Positions 20,426 through 33,479 of a stretch of 64,000 bases of DNA are shown in pieces. A model generated the notes under the pieces. The model worked only from the letters and a program-made list of their open reading frames with translations. It was not told the origin of the DNA and searched no databases. The translations under genes were made by a program, and so were the position numbers. Position 1 is the stretch's first letter, and every line of letters starts with the position of its first letter. The DNA is taken from the NCBI GenBank assembly GCA_017533605.1, contig JAFWKF010000003.1:6861-70860 (forward strand). Direction: 5' to 3'. This DNA is from Candidatus Saccharimonadota bacterium (GTDB lineage: Bacteria > Patescibacteriota > Saccharimonadia > Saccharimonadales > Saccharimonadaceae).

Positions 20426-20878
20426 TTAAGCTTCGTCTTTAGCTAATTTTCTGGAAGAAAGATAAGCTACGAATGTGCCGGCAATTAATGCGAAAGGTAA
20501 AGCTTCTTCTGGGCCAGTAGTTGGTATATCTTTGCTAGAAGAACTGGTGCTGGTCTGGGTTTTAACGGTAACTTCGGTTTTACTAGAAGATTTTTCAGTA
20601 GATAAACTGCCTACAGAAGATTTGCTACTGGTAGAAGTTTTGCTATCAGAACTATTCGTGGTGTTTTTATCTTCGGTAGTTTCTTTTGTTTCAGATTTAT
20701 TATCATTAGTTTCGACAGTAGCAACCGTAGAATCAGTATCGATACTGATTTTGTTGGATTTTTTAGTAGCAACTACGATAATTGCAACAATCAAAATCAG
20801 AATAATAACTATAGCAATAGTAGAAATTGCAATAATTTTACGGTGCTCTCTCTTTTCTGCTTCGGGTTGATAATACAT
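20426..20878 (-). CDS. Ser/Thr-rich membrane protein with C-terminal IPTTG + hydrophobic tail
   Basis: N-terminal TM, low-complexity stalk, PTTGP motif; SD AAGGAG. Confidence 0.7.
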   Translation of the reverse strand: MYYQPEAEKREHRKIIAISTIAIVIILILIVAIIVVATKKSNKISIDTDSTVATVETNDNKSETKETTEDKNTTNSSDSKTSTSSKSSVGSLSTEKSSSKTEVTVKTQTSTSSSSKDIPTTGPEEALPFALIAGTFVAYLSSRKLAKDEA

Positions 20879-20927
20879 AATAAACTCCTTTAGCTTATTA
20901 TACCACACTTATTAAAAAAATGCAAGC

Positions 20928-21446
20928 CTATCTTTGATAAAATGAGATGTTAGCTTTGGCATATTTTCTGGTCTTTGTCAATTTTAAACCGTCAATAACA
21001 GGGGCGGGTGTTGGATGAGAGAGCACTAATATCCCGTCATTTTTTAGATATTTTGTCAAGTGAGCGATGGTGTCTTTTTTAAAATTATCGTATGGCGGGT
21101 CAGCTAAAATAAGATCAAATTTTTGGTCTGTAGTGTAGTTTTCTACGCTTGATGTAATTATTTTCGAGTTAAGACTTAGTTTTTTGAGGTTTTCCTTGAT
21201 GATTTGAGCAATTTTAGGGGATTTTTCTACAAATATAGCGGACGCGGCTCCGCGAGAGAGTGCTTCTATGCCGAGAGCACCGGAGCCGGCAAAAACGTCT
21301 AGCACCTCTGCTCCTGGTAATTTATCGGCAATCATATTAAAGAGGGCGAGTTTTTCTCTTGAGCCCATAGGGTGGGTGAGGCTGGATTTTGGCGATTTAA
21401 GAGATTGGCCTCTGTATATTCCTGATGTTATTCTGATGTTTTCCAT
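20928..21446 (-). CDS. rsmD: 16S rRNA m2G966 methyltransferase
   Basis: LDVFAGSGALGIEALSRGA, DPPY. Confidence 0.9.
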   Translation of the reverse strand: MENIRITSGIYRGQSLKSPKSSLTHPMGSREKLALFNMIADKLPGAEVLDVFAGSGALGIEALSRGAASAIFVEKSPKIAQIIKENLKKLSLNSKIITSSVENYTTDQKFDLILADPPYDNFKKDTIAHLTKYLKNDGILVLSHPTPAPVIDGLKLTKTRKYAKANISFYQR

Positions 21447-23461
21447 TAGTTTAAGGTAGTTATTTGCTGATATTTAGTGATGGTATTCATCAATTCTTTA
21501 TATTTTAACATATTTTCTGGATTTTGCAAGAATTCTGCGACGTCTTTTTGGGCACGGTGAATGAGTTTGGTATCAGAGAGTGAAGCGATGCGTAGATCCA
21601 GGGCGCCGTGTTGTAAAACGCCATATATTTCCCCTGGGCCACGGAGTTTTAAGTCTATCTCGGCGAGATGAAAGCCATCGGTGGATTTTTCTAGTTCACG
21701 GAGGCGGCGTGAAGGGTTCATATCACTAGCGGTGAGAAGGTAGCAGAATGCAGCTTTGTCGCCACGTCCTACGCGACCTCTTAACTGGTGGATTTGAGCC
21801 AAGCCGTAGTTTTCGGCATTTTCTATAATCATAAGGTTGGCATTTGGTACATCTACACCAACTTCTACTACTGTTGTGGAAACTAAAATATCGGTTTTGC
21901 CGTCTTTAAAACGGCCCATGATTTCGTCTTTTTCGGCTGGTTTCATGCGCCCATGTAAAAATTCTATTTTGTATTTCGGAAAGAGTTTTTGTAAGTTAAG
22001 AGAGCGGGATTTAACAGAGGTGGTTTCGGTGCGAGGATCATCATCTATGGCTTTGCAAATCCAATAAACTTGTTGGCCGGACTTGATGATTTCGGTGATT
22101 TTGGGATAAAGTTGTTCCCTGATATCAGTTTCTTTCAAAATTTTAGTTGTAATCGGTTGGCGGCCTTTTGGCAGCTCATTTAAGATAGAAACATCTAAAT
22201 CTCCAAAAATAGTAAGCTGCAAAGAGCGCGGAATAGGGGTGGCGGTCATGGCAAGAAGATGCGGAGCGAGCCCCGAGGGTGATTTTAACATTAGTTTTTG
22301 ACGTTGTTCAACGCCGAAACGGTGTTGTTCGTCTATAATCACAAGGGCGAGATTATTGAACTCCGTGTCATCTGTAAGAAGGGCATGAGTGCCGATTACT
22401 AGGTTAATTTTGCCGTTTTTGATGTTTGTTTTGAGGTTTTTCTTATCTTTAGTGGCACCAGTCAAGAGTGCAACGGTGATTTTGAAGGGTTCCAGGGTAT
22501 TTTTAAGAGTATTATAATGCTGCTGGGCTAAGATGGCGGTTGGGGCTAGCAAGGCTACCTGCGTACCAGAGAGGACGGCTTCGTAGGCCGCGAGGGCCGC
22601 AACCATGGTTTTGCCGGAACCGACATCACCCTGTAAAAGCCGGTTCATAGGGGTGGAGTTTTGCATATTTTGAATAATCTCCCAGGCGGCCTTCTTTTGG
22701 GCGTTAGTAAGGGTGAATGGAAGGCGCGCGAGGAAGTCTTTAACTTCGTTTAGATTGAAATTTATAGGGGTGGATTTGAGCTTTTCGTTTTCCCTTTTAT
22801 TGAGTTTGGCCGCTAGAATTAACTCAAAAAGTTCTTCGTAGGCTAAATAATTCCGACAGTCTTTAATAGATTGCATAGAACTAGGAAAATGGGCGCCAAA
22901 AAGAGCATTTTGGCGGGTTTTTGGCTTAACGGTGGGAAGTAGGTCAGGGATAAGTGAGAATTTATCGCGTGAATTTGCGATGAGCCGGCGGAAGTCGTGA
23001 GATTTAAGAGCCCCGTGAGCCACGTAAATGGGGCTAAGACCGGTAATTGTATCAATATCGGTAACAAGAGCGGCCGAAGGCGAAATGAGGCTGTAGCGGC
23101 CATTTTTAAGTTCGTAGTCGCCAGTAAAATAGTACTCTTTATCTGGGGTGAATTGACGGGTGCGGTAGCTTTGATTAAACCAAATCACCTTGATAGATCC
23201 GGTATTATCGCTGATAATACCCTCGGTAACAGTTAGATTGCGCCGGCGAGCGCGGCGGGTAGTGATTTGGTCGATTTTACCTTTAATTACGATTTTGCCA
23301 GGACGAATTTCAGAGATAGAAACGGGTTGTTCGTAGTTTTCGTAATCGCGTGGGAGGTTGTAAAAAAAATCGCGCACAGTGCGGATACCGTATTTTTTAA
23401 GGATTTCGGCGGTTTTAGGGCCGACACCTTTTAGATTTTCTACACTAAGAGTTAAATCCAT
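21446..23461 (-). CDS. recG: ATP-dependent DNA helicase RecG
   Basis: LQGDVGSGKT, DEQHRFG, TATPIPR, QLRGRVGR. Confidence 0.97.
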   Translation of the reverse strand: MDLTLSVENLKGVGPKTAEILKKYGIRTVRDFFYNLPRDYENYEQPVSISEIRPGKIVIKGKIDQITTRRARRRNLTVTEGIISDNTGSIKVIWFNQSYRTRQFTPDKEYYFTGDYELKNGRYSLISPSAALVTDIDTITGLSPIYVAHGALKSHDFRRLIANSRDKFSLIPDLLPTVKPKTRQNALFGAHFPSSMQSIKDCRNYLAYEELFELILAAKLNKRENEKLKSTPINFNLNEVKDFLARLPFTLTNAQKKAAWEIIQNMQNSTPMNRLLQGDVGSGKTMVAALAAYEAVLSGTQVALLAPTAILAQQHYNTLKNTLEPFKITVALLTGATKDKKNLKTNIKNGKINLVIGTHALLTDDTEFNNLALVIIDEQHRFGVEQRQKLMLKSPSGLAPHLLAMTATPIPRSLQLTIFGDLDVSILNELPKGRQPITTKILKETDIREQLYPKITEIIKSGQQVYWICKAIDDDPRTETTSVKSRSLNLQKLFPKYKIEFLHGRMKPAEKDEIMGRFKDGKTDILVSTTVVEVGVDVPNANLMIIENAENYGLAQIHQLRGRVGRGDKAAFCYLLTASDMNPSRRLRELEKSTDGFHLAEIDLKLRGPGEIYGVLQHGALDLRIASLSDTKLIHRAQKDVAEFLQNPENMLKYKELMNTITKYQQITTLN

Positions 23462-23483
23462 TTTTGTACCTTTTAATATATCA

Positions 23484-23524
23484 TATCATAATAAAAACCC
23501 CACGACGATGATCGTGGGGTAGTG
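23484..23524 (-). repeat. 41-bp direct repeat containing a terminator (copy 1)
   Basis: TATCATAATAAAAACCCCACGACGATGATCGTGGGGTAGTG is identical to 24282-24322. Confidence 0.9.
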
Positions 23525-23525
23525 T

Positions 23526-24188
23526 TCAGGAGTTCGGCCGATAATCTTTACTGGTATACTCGTAGATAGTATCAAGTATCTCTTTTAGGCTTTTTTTATC
23601 ACAATTCCGAACCTTTAGTAGTGCTTCAACTCCTTCTTCTTCAATTAAACTGATGACTTCATTTAAAGTATTATAACCAGCTCTCTTGAGAATGTTATAG
23701 GATCTGACTGAGAGCTCAACGTCGTCTAGCCAAATAACTGGGGTCTGATTGCTCTCCTCTTCCAAAGTATTCTCAGCTTTTTTCTCTAATAGAATTAATC
23801 TATTTTCTAATAAGGCTATCTGATCAAGCAAGTACTTAATGTATTTATTATTCTGTTTTAACTCTTCTGTGATGTTTCTTAATTCTTGCTCGATCTTTGG
23901 CTTGATTGGTTCTGTCAGTCCTTTGAGTGATAGATACTTATTTATTCTTAATAGTGATTCGTCAATAACTTCTTTGACGATGTTTCCAGTATCTAGACCG
24001 TAATCATTATAATGTGCGATTTCTCCGTAGGTAAAACCACTTTTGTAAAACGCAAATACGCAGAATGACTCCGTTGGTGTCAAGAGCTTTTTTACTGTTG
24101 CAACTATCTCGGATTCTAGGGTGTCGTTTGCGGGTTGTGGTACATAGTTTAAATCTAATAAAAGATTGTCTGGCCAGTCTCCTCTCAT
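23526..24188 (-). CDS. Sigma4-like HTH + coiled coil + RNA polymerase alpha-CTD domain protein
   Basis: LDDVELSVRSYNILKRAGYNTL...LLKVRNCDKKSLKEI; GFTYGEIA; SD AAGGAG. Confidence 0.75.
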   Translation of the reverse strand: MRGDWPDNLLLDLNYVPQPANDTLESEIVATVKKLLTPTESFCVFAFYKSGFTYGEIAHYNDYGLDTGNIVKEVIDESLLRINKYLSLKGLTEPIKPKIEQELRNITEELKQNNKYIKYLLDQIALLENRLILLEKKAENTLEEESNQTPVIWLDDVELSVRSYNILKRAGYNTLNEVISLIEEEGVEALLKVRNCDKKSLKEILDTIYEYTSKDYRPNS

Positions 24189-24281
24189 TCTGATCTCCTT
24201 TTTAAAGAACAAATTACAATAGGTAACTACTATCTATATTATACCATACTTTGGTTAAATAGTCAATAATAATGCTTATTC

Positions 24282-24322
24282 TATCATAATAAAAACCCCA
24301 CGACGATGATCGTGGGGTAGTG
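24282..24322 (-). repeat. 41-bp direct repeat containing a terminator (copy 2)
   Basis: Identical to 23484-23524. Confidence 0.9.
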
Positions 24323-24323
24323 G

Positions 24324-24887
24324 TTAGGGGGTTTTAGTCATAAAAGGAGATATTACTTTCATAATCTCCTCAATGCTCTTTTCGCCAAGCCCTTTTAATC
24401 CGCAGAGACTTTCCACTCCGCCTTTTTCTACAAAATCGATTACGTCTTGAAGCGTTGTTTCCGAATCTCGGAATTTGCTCCTCTTTAGAGCGTTATATGT
24501 TCTTGAAGAAAAACCTATTCTTTCAAGATAGATTTCGCTTGCGGGCTTGAGGTTGGCTAGTTCTTTAGCCTGCTTTTCCGCAGTGATTTCCTCGTCAGTC
24601 TTGAGGAGATGATTCTTGTTATGGGGTAAATTAAGGTGCCTTAGTGCCCTCAAAGCTTTTTGCCTACAATTGTCGCAGGACTTGTAGCCGAGGTCTTTAT
24701 TATCAACGATTTTTTGATATGAAAGACCGTCTTTAAAATGAGCCAGGATAATAGTGACTGCTTCTGGGTCATTGCAAAAGATTTCCTTAACTCTTTTTTC
24801 GACTTGTTCTCCAGTTATTATTTGTGCTTTTTTAGGATAAAGACCTAGTAAAGCAACAATTAGATTCTTAGGCCATTTAGTTGCCAT
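24324..24887 (-). CDS. Sigma4-like HTH + RNA polymerase alpha-CTD domain protein
   Basis: FSSRTYNALKRS...LKGLGEKSIEEI; FKDGLSYQKI...RQKALRALR. Confidence 0.72.
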   Translation of the reverse strand: MATKWPKNLIVALLGLYPKKAQIITGEQVEKRVKEIFCNDPEAVTIILAHFKDGLSYQKIVDNKDLGYKSCDNCRQKALRALRHLNLPHNKNHLLKTDEEITAEKQAKELANLKPASEIYLERIGFSSRTYNALKRSKFRDSETTLQDVIDFVEKGGVESLCGLKGLGEKSIEEIMKVISPFMTKTP

Positions 24888-24962
24888 AACCCCTCCTTAA
24901 TGTGCGAATTTCAAGAAACAAAATTATTTGCTTATTATAGCATATTTTATTAAAAAGTCAAT

Positions 24963-25613
24963 TTAGGAGGTTTTGCCGGCGTGTTCGTCACGCCATTTTT
25001 TGATTTCGCCATGGTTGCCAGAGAGTAATACTTCTGGTACTTTCATGCCGCGAAAATCTTCTGGTCTGGTGTATTGAGGAAACTCTAGGTTATCACCGTC
25101 AGAAAAAGATTCAATTTCGGCGGATTGTTCCCCACCTAAAACTCCGGGGATTAGACGTACAACAGAATCAATGATAGCAAGTGCTGGCAATTCTCCGCCA
25201 GTTAAAACGTATTTGCCGAGTGAGATTTTATAATCCACGATAGATAGGATTCTTTCGTCGTAACCTTCATAATGTGGGCACAAAATGATGTAGTGGGCGT
25301 CTTTGACAAAATCTTTAGCCATTTTTTGATTCCAAATTTCGCCGACAGGAGTGGGGAGAATGACTTTTGCCTCCGGATCTTTAGCTTTGACAGATTCTAT
25401 AGCATTAAAAACTGGTTCGCATCTAAGGAGCATGCCATCACCACCTCCGTACGGGGTGTCATCTACGGATTTATGCGGCCCGAGGCCAAAATCGCGTAGA
25501 TTAACAAAATCAAACTCAGCCAAGCCTTTTTCGGTGGCCTTATACATCATGGAGCTTTTGAGATATGGTTCAATCGCTTCTCTAAATAATGTAATTATAG
25601 TGAATTTTGTCAT
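24963..25613 (-). CDS. trmD: tRNA m1G37 methyltransferase
   Basis: VDDTPYGGGDGM, YEGYDER, SLGKYVLTGGE. Confidence 0.96.
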   Translation of the reverse strand: MTKFTIITLFREAIEPYLKSSMMYKATEKGLAEFDFVNLRDFGLGPHKSVDDTPYGGGDGMLLRCEPVFNAIESVKAKDPEAKVILPTPVGEIWNQKMAKDFVKDAHYIILCPHYEGYDERILSIVDYKISLGKYVLTGGELPALAIIDSVVRLIPGVLGGEQSAEIESFSDGDNLEFPQYTRPEDFRGMKVPEVLLSGNHGEIKKWRDEHAGKTS

Positions 25614-25614
25614 T

Positions 25615-25971
25615 CTATTCTTGGCCAATTATTTCGTTAGCTATTTGATTGGCATTTTCTTGGTCGGCTGACGGAATTCCGGCTTCGTTTTCTTCTTCAT
25701 TCCTTGCGGAATCATCTGGTGGTAATGATTTATCTGTTGATTGAAGATAAAATGCCGATCCAAATATTCCTGCTACTGCGGCGACAATAAGAAATTTTTT
25801 CAAAAGACTCTTCGCTAAGTCTCTAATAGTAAATGCTTCCATGGTTTTCTTACCTACTCGTTCAGTGCGTGGTGATTCTAATTTTTCACTTCGTTCATTT
25901 TGCATCGTAAAAGCCTTGACTGGCCCATCTGTATTATTATAGATTGTACCTTCTTCTTTGTATGGTCCCAT
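25615..25971 (-). CDS. Hypothetical single-TM protein
   Basis: ORF with SD; coupled to its neighbours. Confidence 0.55.
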   Translation of the reverse strand: MGPYKEEGTIYNNTDGPVKAFTMQNERSEKLESPRTERVGKKTMEAFTIRDLAKSLLKKFLIVAAVAGIFGSAFYLQSTDKSLPPDDSARNEEENEAGIPSADQENANQIANEIIGQE

Positions 25972-25972
25972 T

Positions 25973-26164
25973 TTATTGCTCCCTCTCTGCAATGCTTTTA
26001 GCAATTTCTTCAAGTTTTATATTATTATCATCTAATATTTTTTGTATTTCTGCATTATGGTCGCCTTCTAGCTTTGATAATTCCGCCAGTTTTGTAATAG
26101 CTTCTCCTGGTAATTGATCTAATATCTTATCGCTTAATATATCAAATAGTTTTTCTTGATCCAT
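25973..26164 (-). CDS. Small hypothetical protein
   Basis: TGTTATAAT promoter and AAGGAG SD. Confidence 0.65.
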   Translation of the reverse strand: MDQEKLFDILSDKILDQLPGEAITKLAELSKLEGDHNAEIQKILDDNNIKLEEIAKSIAEREQ

Positions 26165-26191
26165 TTTATCTCCTTTATTCTATTATAACAC

Positions 26192-28852
<2,661 letters not shown>

Positions 28853-28856
<4 letters not shown>

Positions 28857-30202
28857 AGTGATACATTACAGAGGTCTTGGCAATGGCTGTGTATGTTCTG
28901 AATATGCTCTGCCTCTGTATGACTATAATACATCAAACCGTCGTCTCCTGTCAAGAAATAAAGATAAGTGGTATCCGATGGTTCAGCCACGGCAAGCAGG
29001 GCTGACAGACCTGGGTTAGAGATAGGGCCGCAAGGCAGACCCGCATAAAGCCTAGTATTATAGCAAGAATCTATCTTTAAGGCGCTTTGGTTATCGGTGT
29101 ATGTTTCCCTGTTTGGATCAATGGTGTCAAGCGCGTAAGTAACTGTTACATCGCTTCCAAGAGGAATACCATCAGCTAAGCGCGATAAAAACACTTGTGC
29201 TACAGTGGGTTGCTCGGGCGCGCTGGCTTCTTTTTGGACCACTGAAGCAAGAGTTATGCCTTCATATAGCGATAAGCCCCTCTCTGAATATTTGCTTTCT
29301 AAATTGTTTTCGGAAATTACTTTGCCCATGGCAGAAAGATAAGTCTCTAATATTTCCTTAACTGTGGCGGCTCTATAAAATTCGTAAGTGTCTCCGTAGA
29401 GATAGCCTTCTAAAGTAGCTCCGGCGGGCCGATTCTTTAAAAAGTCGTAGTCATAGTCAGCACTAAAGGCTTCATTGACTTCTTCTGCCGAGTAGCCTTC
29501 GTTAATTAAATTAGCCTTGATATCATAAATGGTTTGACCTGGTAAAATTGTAAAATTAAAAACATCGGCGGTCATTAAGGCTTCTAGGCGGGCATATTCT
29601 TCGGCGCGTTGTTTGGCACGGATGTCTTTGATAATAAGAGCTCCACCAACGGCGAGTGCGGTAATTACGGCTATAATAATGATGCTAGTTGTCCATTTGG
29701 CGGCGTTTTTAATCTTGTGCCTAGTTTTTTTAGTATTTAGTTTCATTCTTTCTACTTCTTTTTCTATTAGGTTGATGGTTTCTTGGGGCCTGCGATCTGG
29801 CTGTTCGTAGTTTTCTATGTAATCTTCTAAGATAATTGTAGCAGCTTCGGCGTCTATGGCGCCTTTTTCGTAGGGTTTGCCGCGAGCTTTTAAGCGCTCT
29901 TCGGCTACTACGGAGGTTAAAGATTCATCTTGGAAACGGATTTTAACTCCGGGGACTTTTTCGGCAAGGGTTTTAGCAAAATTACGCACATAGACTGTCT
30001 GAGCGGTTTCGTTGCCTTCATTGCTGCGGGGTAGGCCTAGTACAAAGAACATAGTGTTGTGAAGGGCGGATAGTTTGGCAATCTGTTGCCACTCGGTGCC
30101 ATCCACCAAAATGTAACCGACCGGCACCGCAATACGGGTGTCTGTGTCAATTCTGGCTACGCCAATGCGTTTTTCGCCGACATCAAGCCCCAGAATCCTC
30201 AT
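28853..30202 (-). CDS. YqgF/RuvX nuclease fused to MltG lytic transglycosylase
   Basis: LGLDVGEKRIGVA, DESLTS, IDAEAA; TM; LEGYL, ASVVQKEA, YNTRLYAGLPCGPISNPG. Confidence 0.85.
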
Positions 30203-31973
30203 CTTTTTTGGTTTCCTCGCTTTTGCTATCTTTTTCTTCCTTCTCTTCTTCCTCGGTCTTCTCTTCTATTTTTTCACCGTTTTGGTCCATTATTTCAAAG
30301 TTGACAGTAATTTTATTAGTATCACCTGGGATGGTCATAACCCATGGATATGATTTTTCAACTGATACGTCAATTACGTTATCAATGTCTTTAAGCTCGT
30401 GGATAGCATCGCCGATACCGCGGCCTTTGATTTTTTCTAATACATCACCTTCGGTGATTTTAGGACCTACGAAATATTTGGCTTTTAGTTTTCCAACGTA
30501 GCCGTCGGCTGTTTTAGCAAAGCTATCTAAGAATACATTTTGTATTTCATAAATCTTCTCATCGTTTTCTATTTTGGCTTTCGTGCGGATGTATTCTTCA
30601 AGCTTAGTTTGGTCAAGGATGAGGACGCTAACTGTGGTGGTAACTTCAACGGTTGGCGTGACGCCTTCTTTGACTTCTTCATCGGCAGCTGGAGTAGAGA
30701 CGGCAGCGGAAGTAGATTGTGAAAAAGTGGATTCTAAAATGATACTGTCATCGGAGATTTTTTCGTAGAGTTCTTTCTTATTTTCTTCTTCACTGCCGGA
30801 TTCTATTTTTTCTTTGGCCTTTTCTATATCGGATTGTTGGACTACGGTGATGACATTATCGGTGCCGCCAGACATAGAGTTTTCGGAGTAAGCAAAGACT
30901 GTTGCATTGGTATCCCAGCCAGTGCTGGAAGCGGCAATGTTGTACTTACTACCTGGTTCGCTTGCTATGACGGAAATTTTACCATTAATTCTACAGCCAT
31001 ATCTAACTAGTCCTTCAAAGTTATCTTTGTTTGCACATTCATTGTGTCCTTCGCCACTATATGAAAGAGTTTTGCTTTCTGTGGCCACGAAAGATAAACC
31101 AGAAATCGTGAAGATTTCGCCTGAATTAATTTGGACGATTGATCTTTTGTTTAGCGGGAAGTAGGCATAAACTAAAACTTCGCCGGTGGCTTTCTCGCCG
31201 GTATTTTTCTTGCCGGTGGCTTCAAATTCAACTTTTTGCTTCTTTTCAATCTTCTTTTCTTCTAGGTAAAACTTGCCCTCTTCGGCTTTTTCGTCTTCTA
31301 TTTTATCCACAAAACTGATGCTTTCGGAAAATGGTTCAGAATCGGCCTTGATAGAAACGGTGACGTCAACTGCTGGCGCAATAGCAAAGGCCCATATTAA
31401 GAAAATGATTGCGAGTAAGAATACAATACAAATAGCAATGGTAGTTTTCTTGTGGTGGGCAATCCAGCTAATAAACTTGTTTTTATGCTGTTTCTTAGCT
31501 TTTTCTTTGGGCTTTTTCTCTTCTTCTGACTCATTTTCGGGCTCTTCTTCGGGTTCTTCTTCATCTTCTTCGGTTTCTTCTGGCTCTGCTTCAGGTTCAT
31601 CTTCGGTTGCCGGTCCTTCTTCTGGTTCTTCTTCTGGTTTCTCGTCAAGGTTTTCTTTTAGCTCTTCTTTTGAAATAGCTTCAATTTCTGGCTCCGTGGA
31701 TGGAATTTTGGGTGCAGATTCAAGATTTTTAGCTACTGGTAATTTAGTAGCGGCGGCAAGTTTAGTAATAGAAGGATCTGCCGAAACTATTACTACGCTT
31801 TTAGCGGCAGTTTTACCAGCTTTAGCGATTAGTTTGATATTAACTACACTACGAAACACGCCGGCTTTTTTAGGTGGAACGAGTGCGATGATTTTAGACT
31901 TTGAGTTTTCAATTTTGGTAATGATATCAGTGATATCATCCTCCGGTTCAATATAAATGACGTCTTTATTCAT
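30183..31973 (-). CDS. Hypothetical membrane protein with Glu-rich linker and extracellular beta domain
   Basis: Long ORF, one TM helix, ATGEV and GSKYNI motifs. Confidence 0.65.
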   Translation of the reverse strand: MNKDVIYIEPEDDITDIITKIENSKSKIIALVPPKKAGVFRSVVNIKLIAKAGKTAAKSVVIVSADPSITKLAAATKLPVAKNLESAPKIPSTEPEIEAISKEELKENLDEKPEEEPEEGPATEDEPEAEPEETEEDEEEPEEEPENESEEEKKPKEKAKKQHKNKFISWIAHHKKTTIAICIVFLLAIIFLIWAFAIAPAVDVTVSIKADSEPFSESISFVDKIEDEKAEEGKFYLEEKKIEKKQKVEFEATGKKNTGEKATGEVLVYAYFPLNKRSIVQINSGEIFTISGLSFVATESKTLSYSGEGHNECANKDNFEGLVRYGCRINGKISVIASEPGSKYNIAASSTGWDTNATVFAYSENSMSGGTDNVITVVQQSDIEKAKEKIESGSEEENKKELYEKISDDSIILESTFSQSTSAAVSTPAADEEVKEGVTPTVEVTTTVSVLILDQTKLEEYIRTKAKIENDEKIYEIQNVFLDSFAKTADGYVGKLKAKYFVGPKITEGDVLEKIKGRGIGDAIHELKDIDNVIDVSVEKSYPWVMTIPGDTNKITVNFEIMDQNGEKIEEKTEEEEKEEKDSKSEETKKDEDSGA

Positions 31974-32021
31974 AAGTTAATTTTACCACATTTTATAAAG
32001 CTTGTGTTAAAATAAATATAA

Positions 32022-33479
32022 ATGGATTTATTTAAACGCGGAAATCGTAAGAAAGTTGCTAACAACCAGTCCGCTTTAGCGGAGTTGGCTTTAAATGCGA
32101 TTCATGATGGCGTGGTAATGACAGATAAATCTGGCGTAGTGCAGTTTATTAATCCAGCAGCGATTCGGATGACAGAATGTGGTAGTGCGGATAATGCGCG
32201 TGGTTTAGATTATGGTTTAGTGATTAAATTAGAGAGTAAAGAAGGCCGTGAGCTTTCGCCAAATGAAAACCCATTAATTCAGGCCATGAATACTGGGCAG
32301 CCTCTAGAGCCGTATCAGTGTAGTTTGATTGCTCTTAGTTCTGGCAAAAGAATCCCGGTGGCGATTTCGGCGTTGCCGGTAGAAGGTATGAGCCAAAACC
32401 GAATTATCACTTTCCGTGACATTACTAAAGAACTAGAAGAAGAGGGCGAGCAGACTGAATTTATTTCAACTGCCTCGCACGAGATGCGCACTCCCGTAGC
32501 TACAATTGACGGGTATTTGTCGCTCTGTTTAAATCCACAAACGGCTACTTTAGACGAGCGAGCGCGCGGATATTTGACTGCAGCGCAGGCGGCGAGCAAA
32601 CATTTAGGGAAACTATTCCAAGATTTGCTAGATGTAACTAGGCTTGACGATGGCAAAATCAAGCCGCGTTTTGAACCGGTGGAAATGGTAAGTTTAGTCA
32701 GGCAGATTTCTAATGATTATGTGCAGCGCGCAAAAGAAGCTAAACTGAATTTTGTGTTTGGCTCAGGAGATGATCTTTCGTTTGGTGATGAGCGTAAAGT
32801 TCAGCAAGTGGCGTATGGTTTTATTGATGTAGATTTTTTGCGAGAGATTCTGGATAATTTGATTGAAAATGCTCTTAAATACACGCCGGAGGGTGGTTCG
32901 GTTTATGTAAATGTGCGAGGTGACGGCGATAAAGTTTTGATTAATGTCACTGATACCGGTATTGGCATTTCGGCAGATGATTTAGTACATGTATTTCAAA
33001 AGTTTTACCGAGCAGATAATTCCGACACGCGTACAGTCGGCGGTAATGGATTAGGACTATACTTAGTGAAGCAGCGCGCTGAGGTAATGGGTGGTAAAGT
33101 TTGGGCTGAGTCGGCGTTTGGTGAAGGTTCAACTTTTTATGTTTCCCTGCCGAGAATTACTAGTGATGAATATGAAAAACGTATGATTATGGTAAAAAAT
33201 ATGCAGATGCAGCAACAGGCAGCACAACAACCTGCAGCTCTGGTAGCTCCAGTGGCGCCCGCAGTGCCAGTGTCACAATTGGCGCAACAACCTGCTCAGC
33301 AGCCGGTAGCGCCAACGGCTCCAGTGGTTCCGGTGGCCCCAGTGGCTCCAGTAACACCGCAACCTGCAGCCCCAGCTTCGCAACCAGCACCGCAACCCGT
33401 GACTCCAGTAGCTCCACAACCAGTCTTTACGAACGTTCAAAATAATGCTAATATTAATTTAAATGGAGAAACGAAATGA
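32022..33479 (+). CDS. Cytoplasmic PAS histidine kinase with Pro/Gln tail
   Basis: SHEMRTP, NLIENALKY, DTGIGI, GNGLGL. Confidence 0.93.
   Translation: MDLFKRGNRKKVANNQSALAELALNAIHDGVVMTDKSGVVQFINPAAIRMTECGSADNARGLDYGLVIKLESKEGRELSPNENPLIQAMNTGQPLEPYQCSLIALSSGKRIPVAISALPVEGMSQNRIITFRDITKELEEEGEQTEFISTASHEMRTPVATIDGYLSLCLNPQTATLDERARGYLTAAQAASKHLGKLFQDLLDVTRLDDGKIKPRFEPVEMVSLVRQISNDYVQRAKEAKLNFVFGSGDDLSFGDERKVQQVAYGFIDVDFLREILDNLIENALKYTPEGGSVYVNVRGDGDKVLINVTDTGIGISADDLVHVFQKFYRADNSDTRTVGGNGLGLYLVKQRAEVMGGKVWAESAFGEGSTFYVSLPRITSDEYEKRMIMVKNMQMQQQAAQQPAALVAPVAPAVPVSQLAQQPAQQPVAPTAPVVPVAPVAPVTPQPAAPASQPAPQPVTPVAPQPVFTNVQNNANINLNGETK

Noticed and set aside
23484-24322. 41-bp repeats as CRISPR repeats or integron attC sites
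   Set aside because: Only two copies 798 bp apart, no cas gene or integrase, and the fold is a plain terminator.
30183-31973. Possible baseplate-like protein indicating a prophage
   Set aside because: Single TM-anchored gene among housekeeping genes, with no other phage genes nearby.
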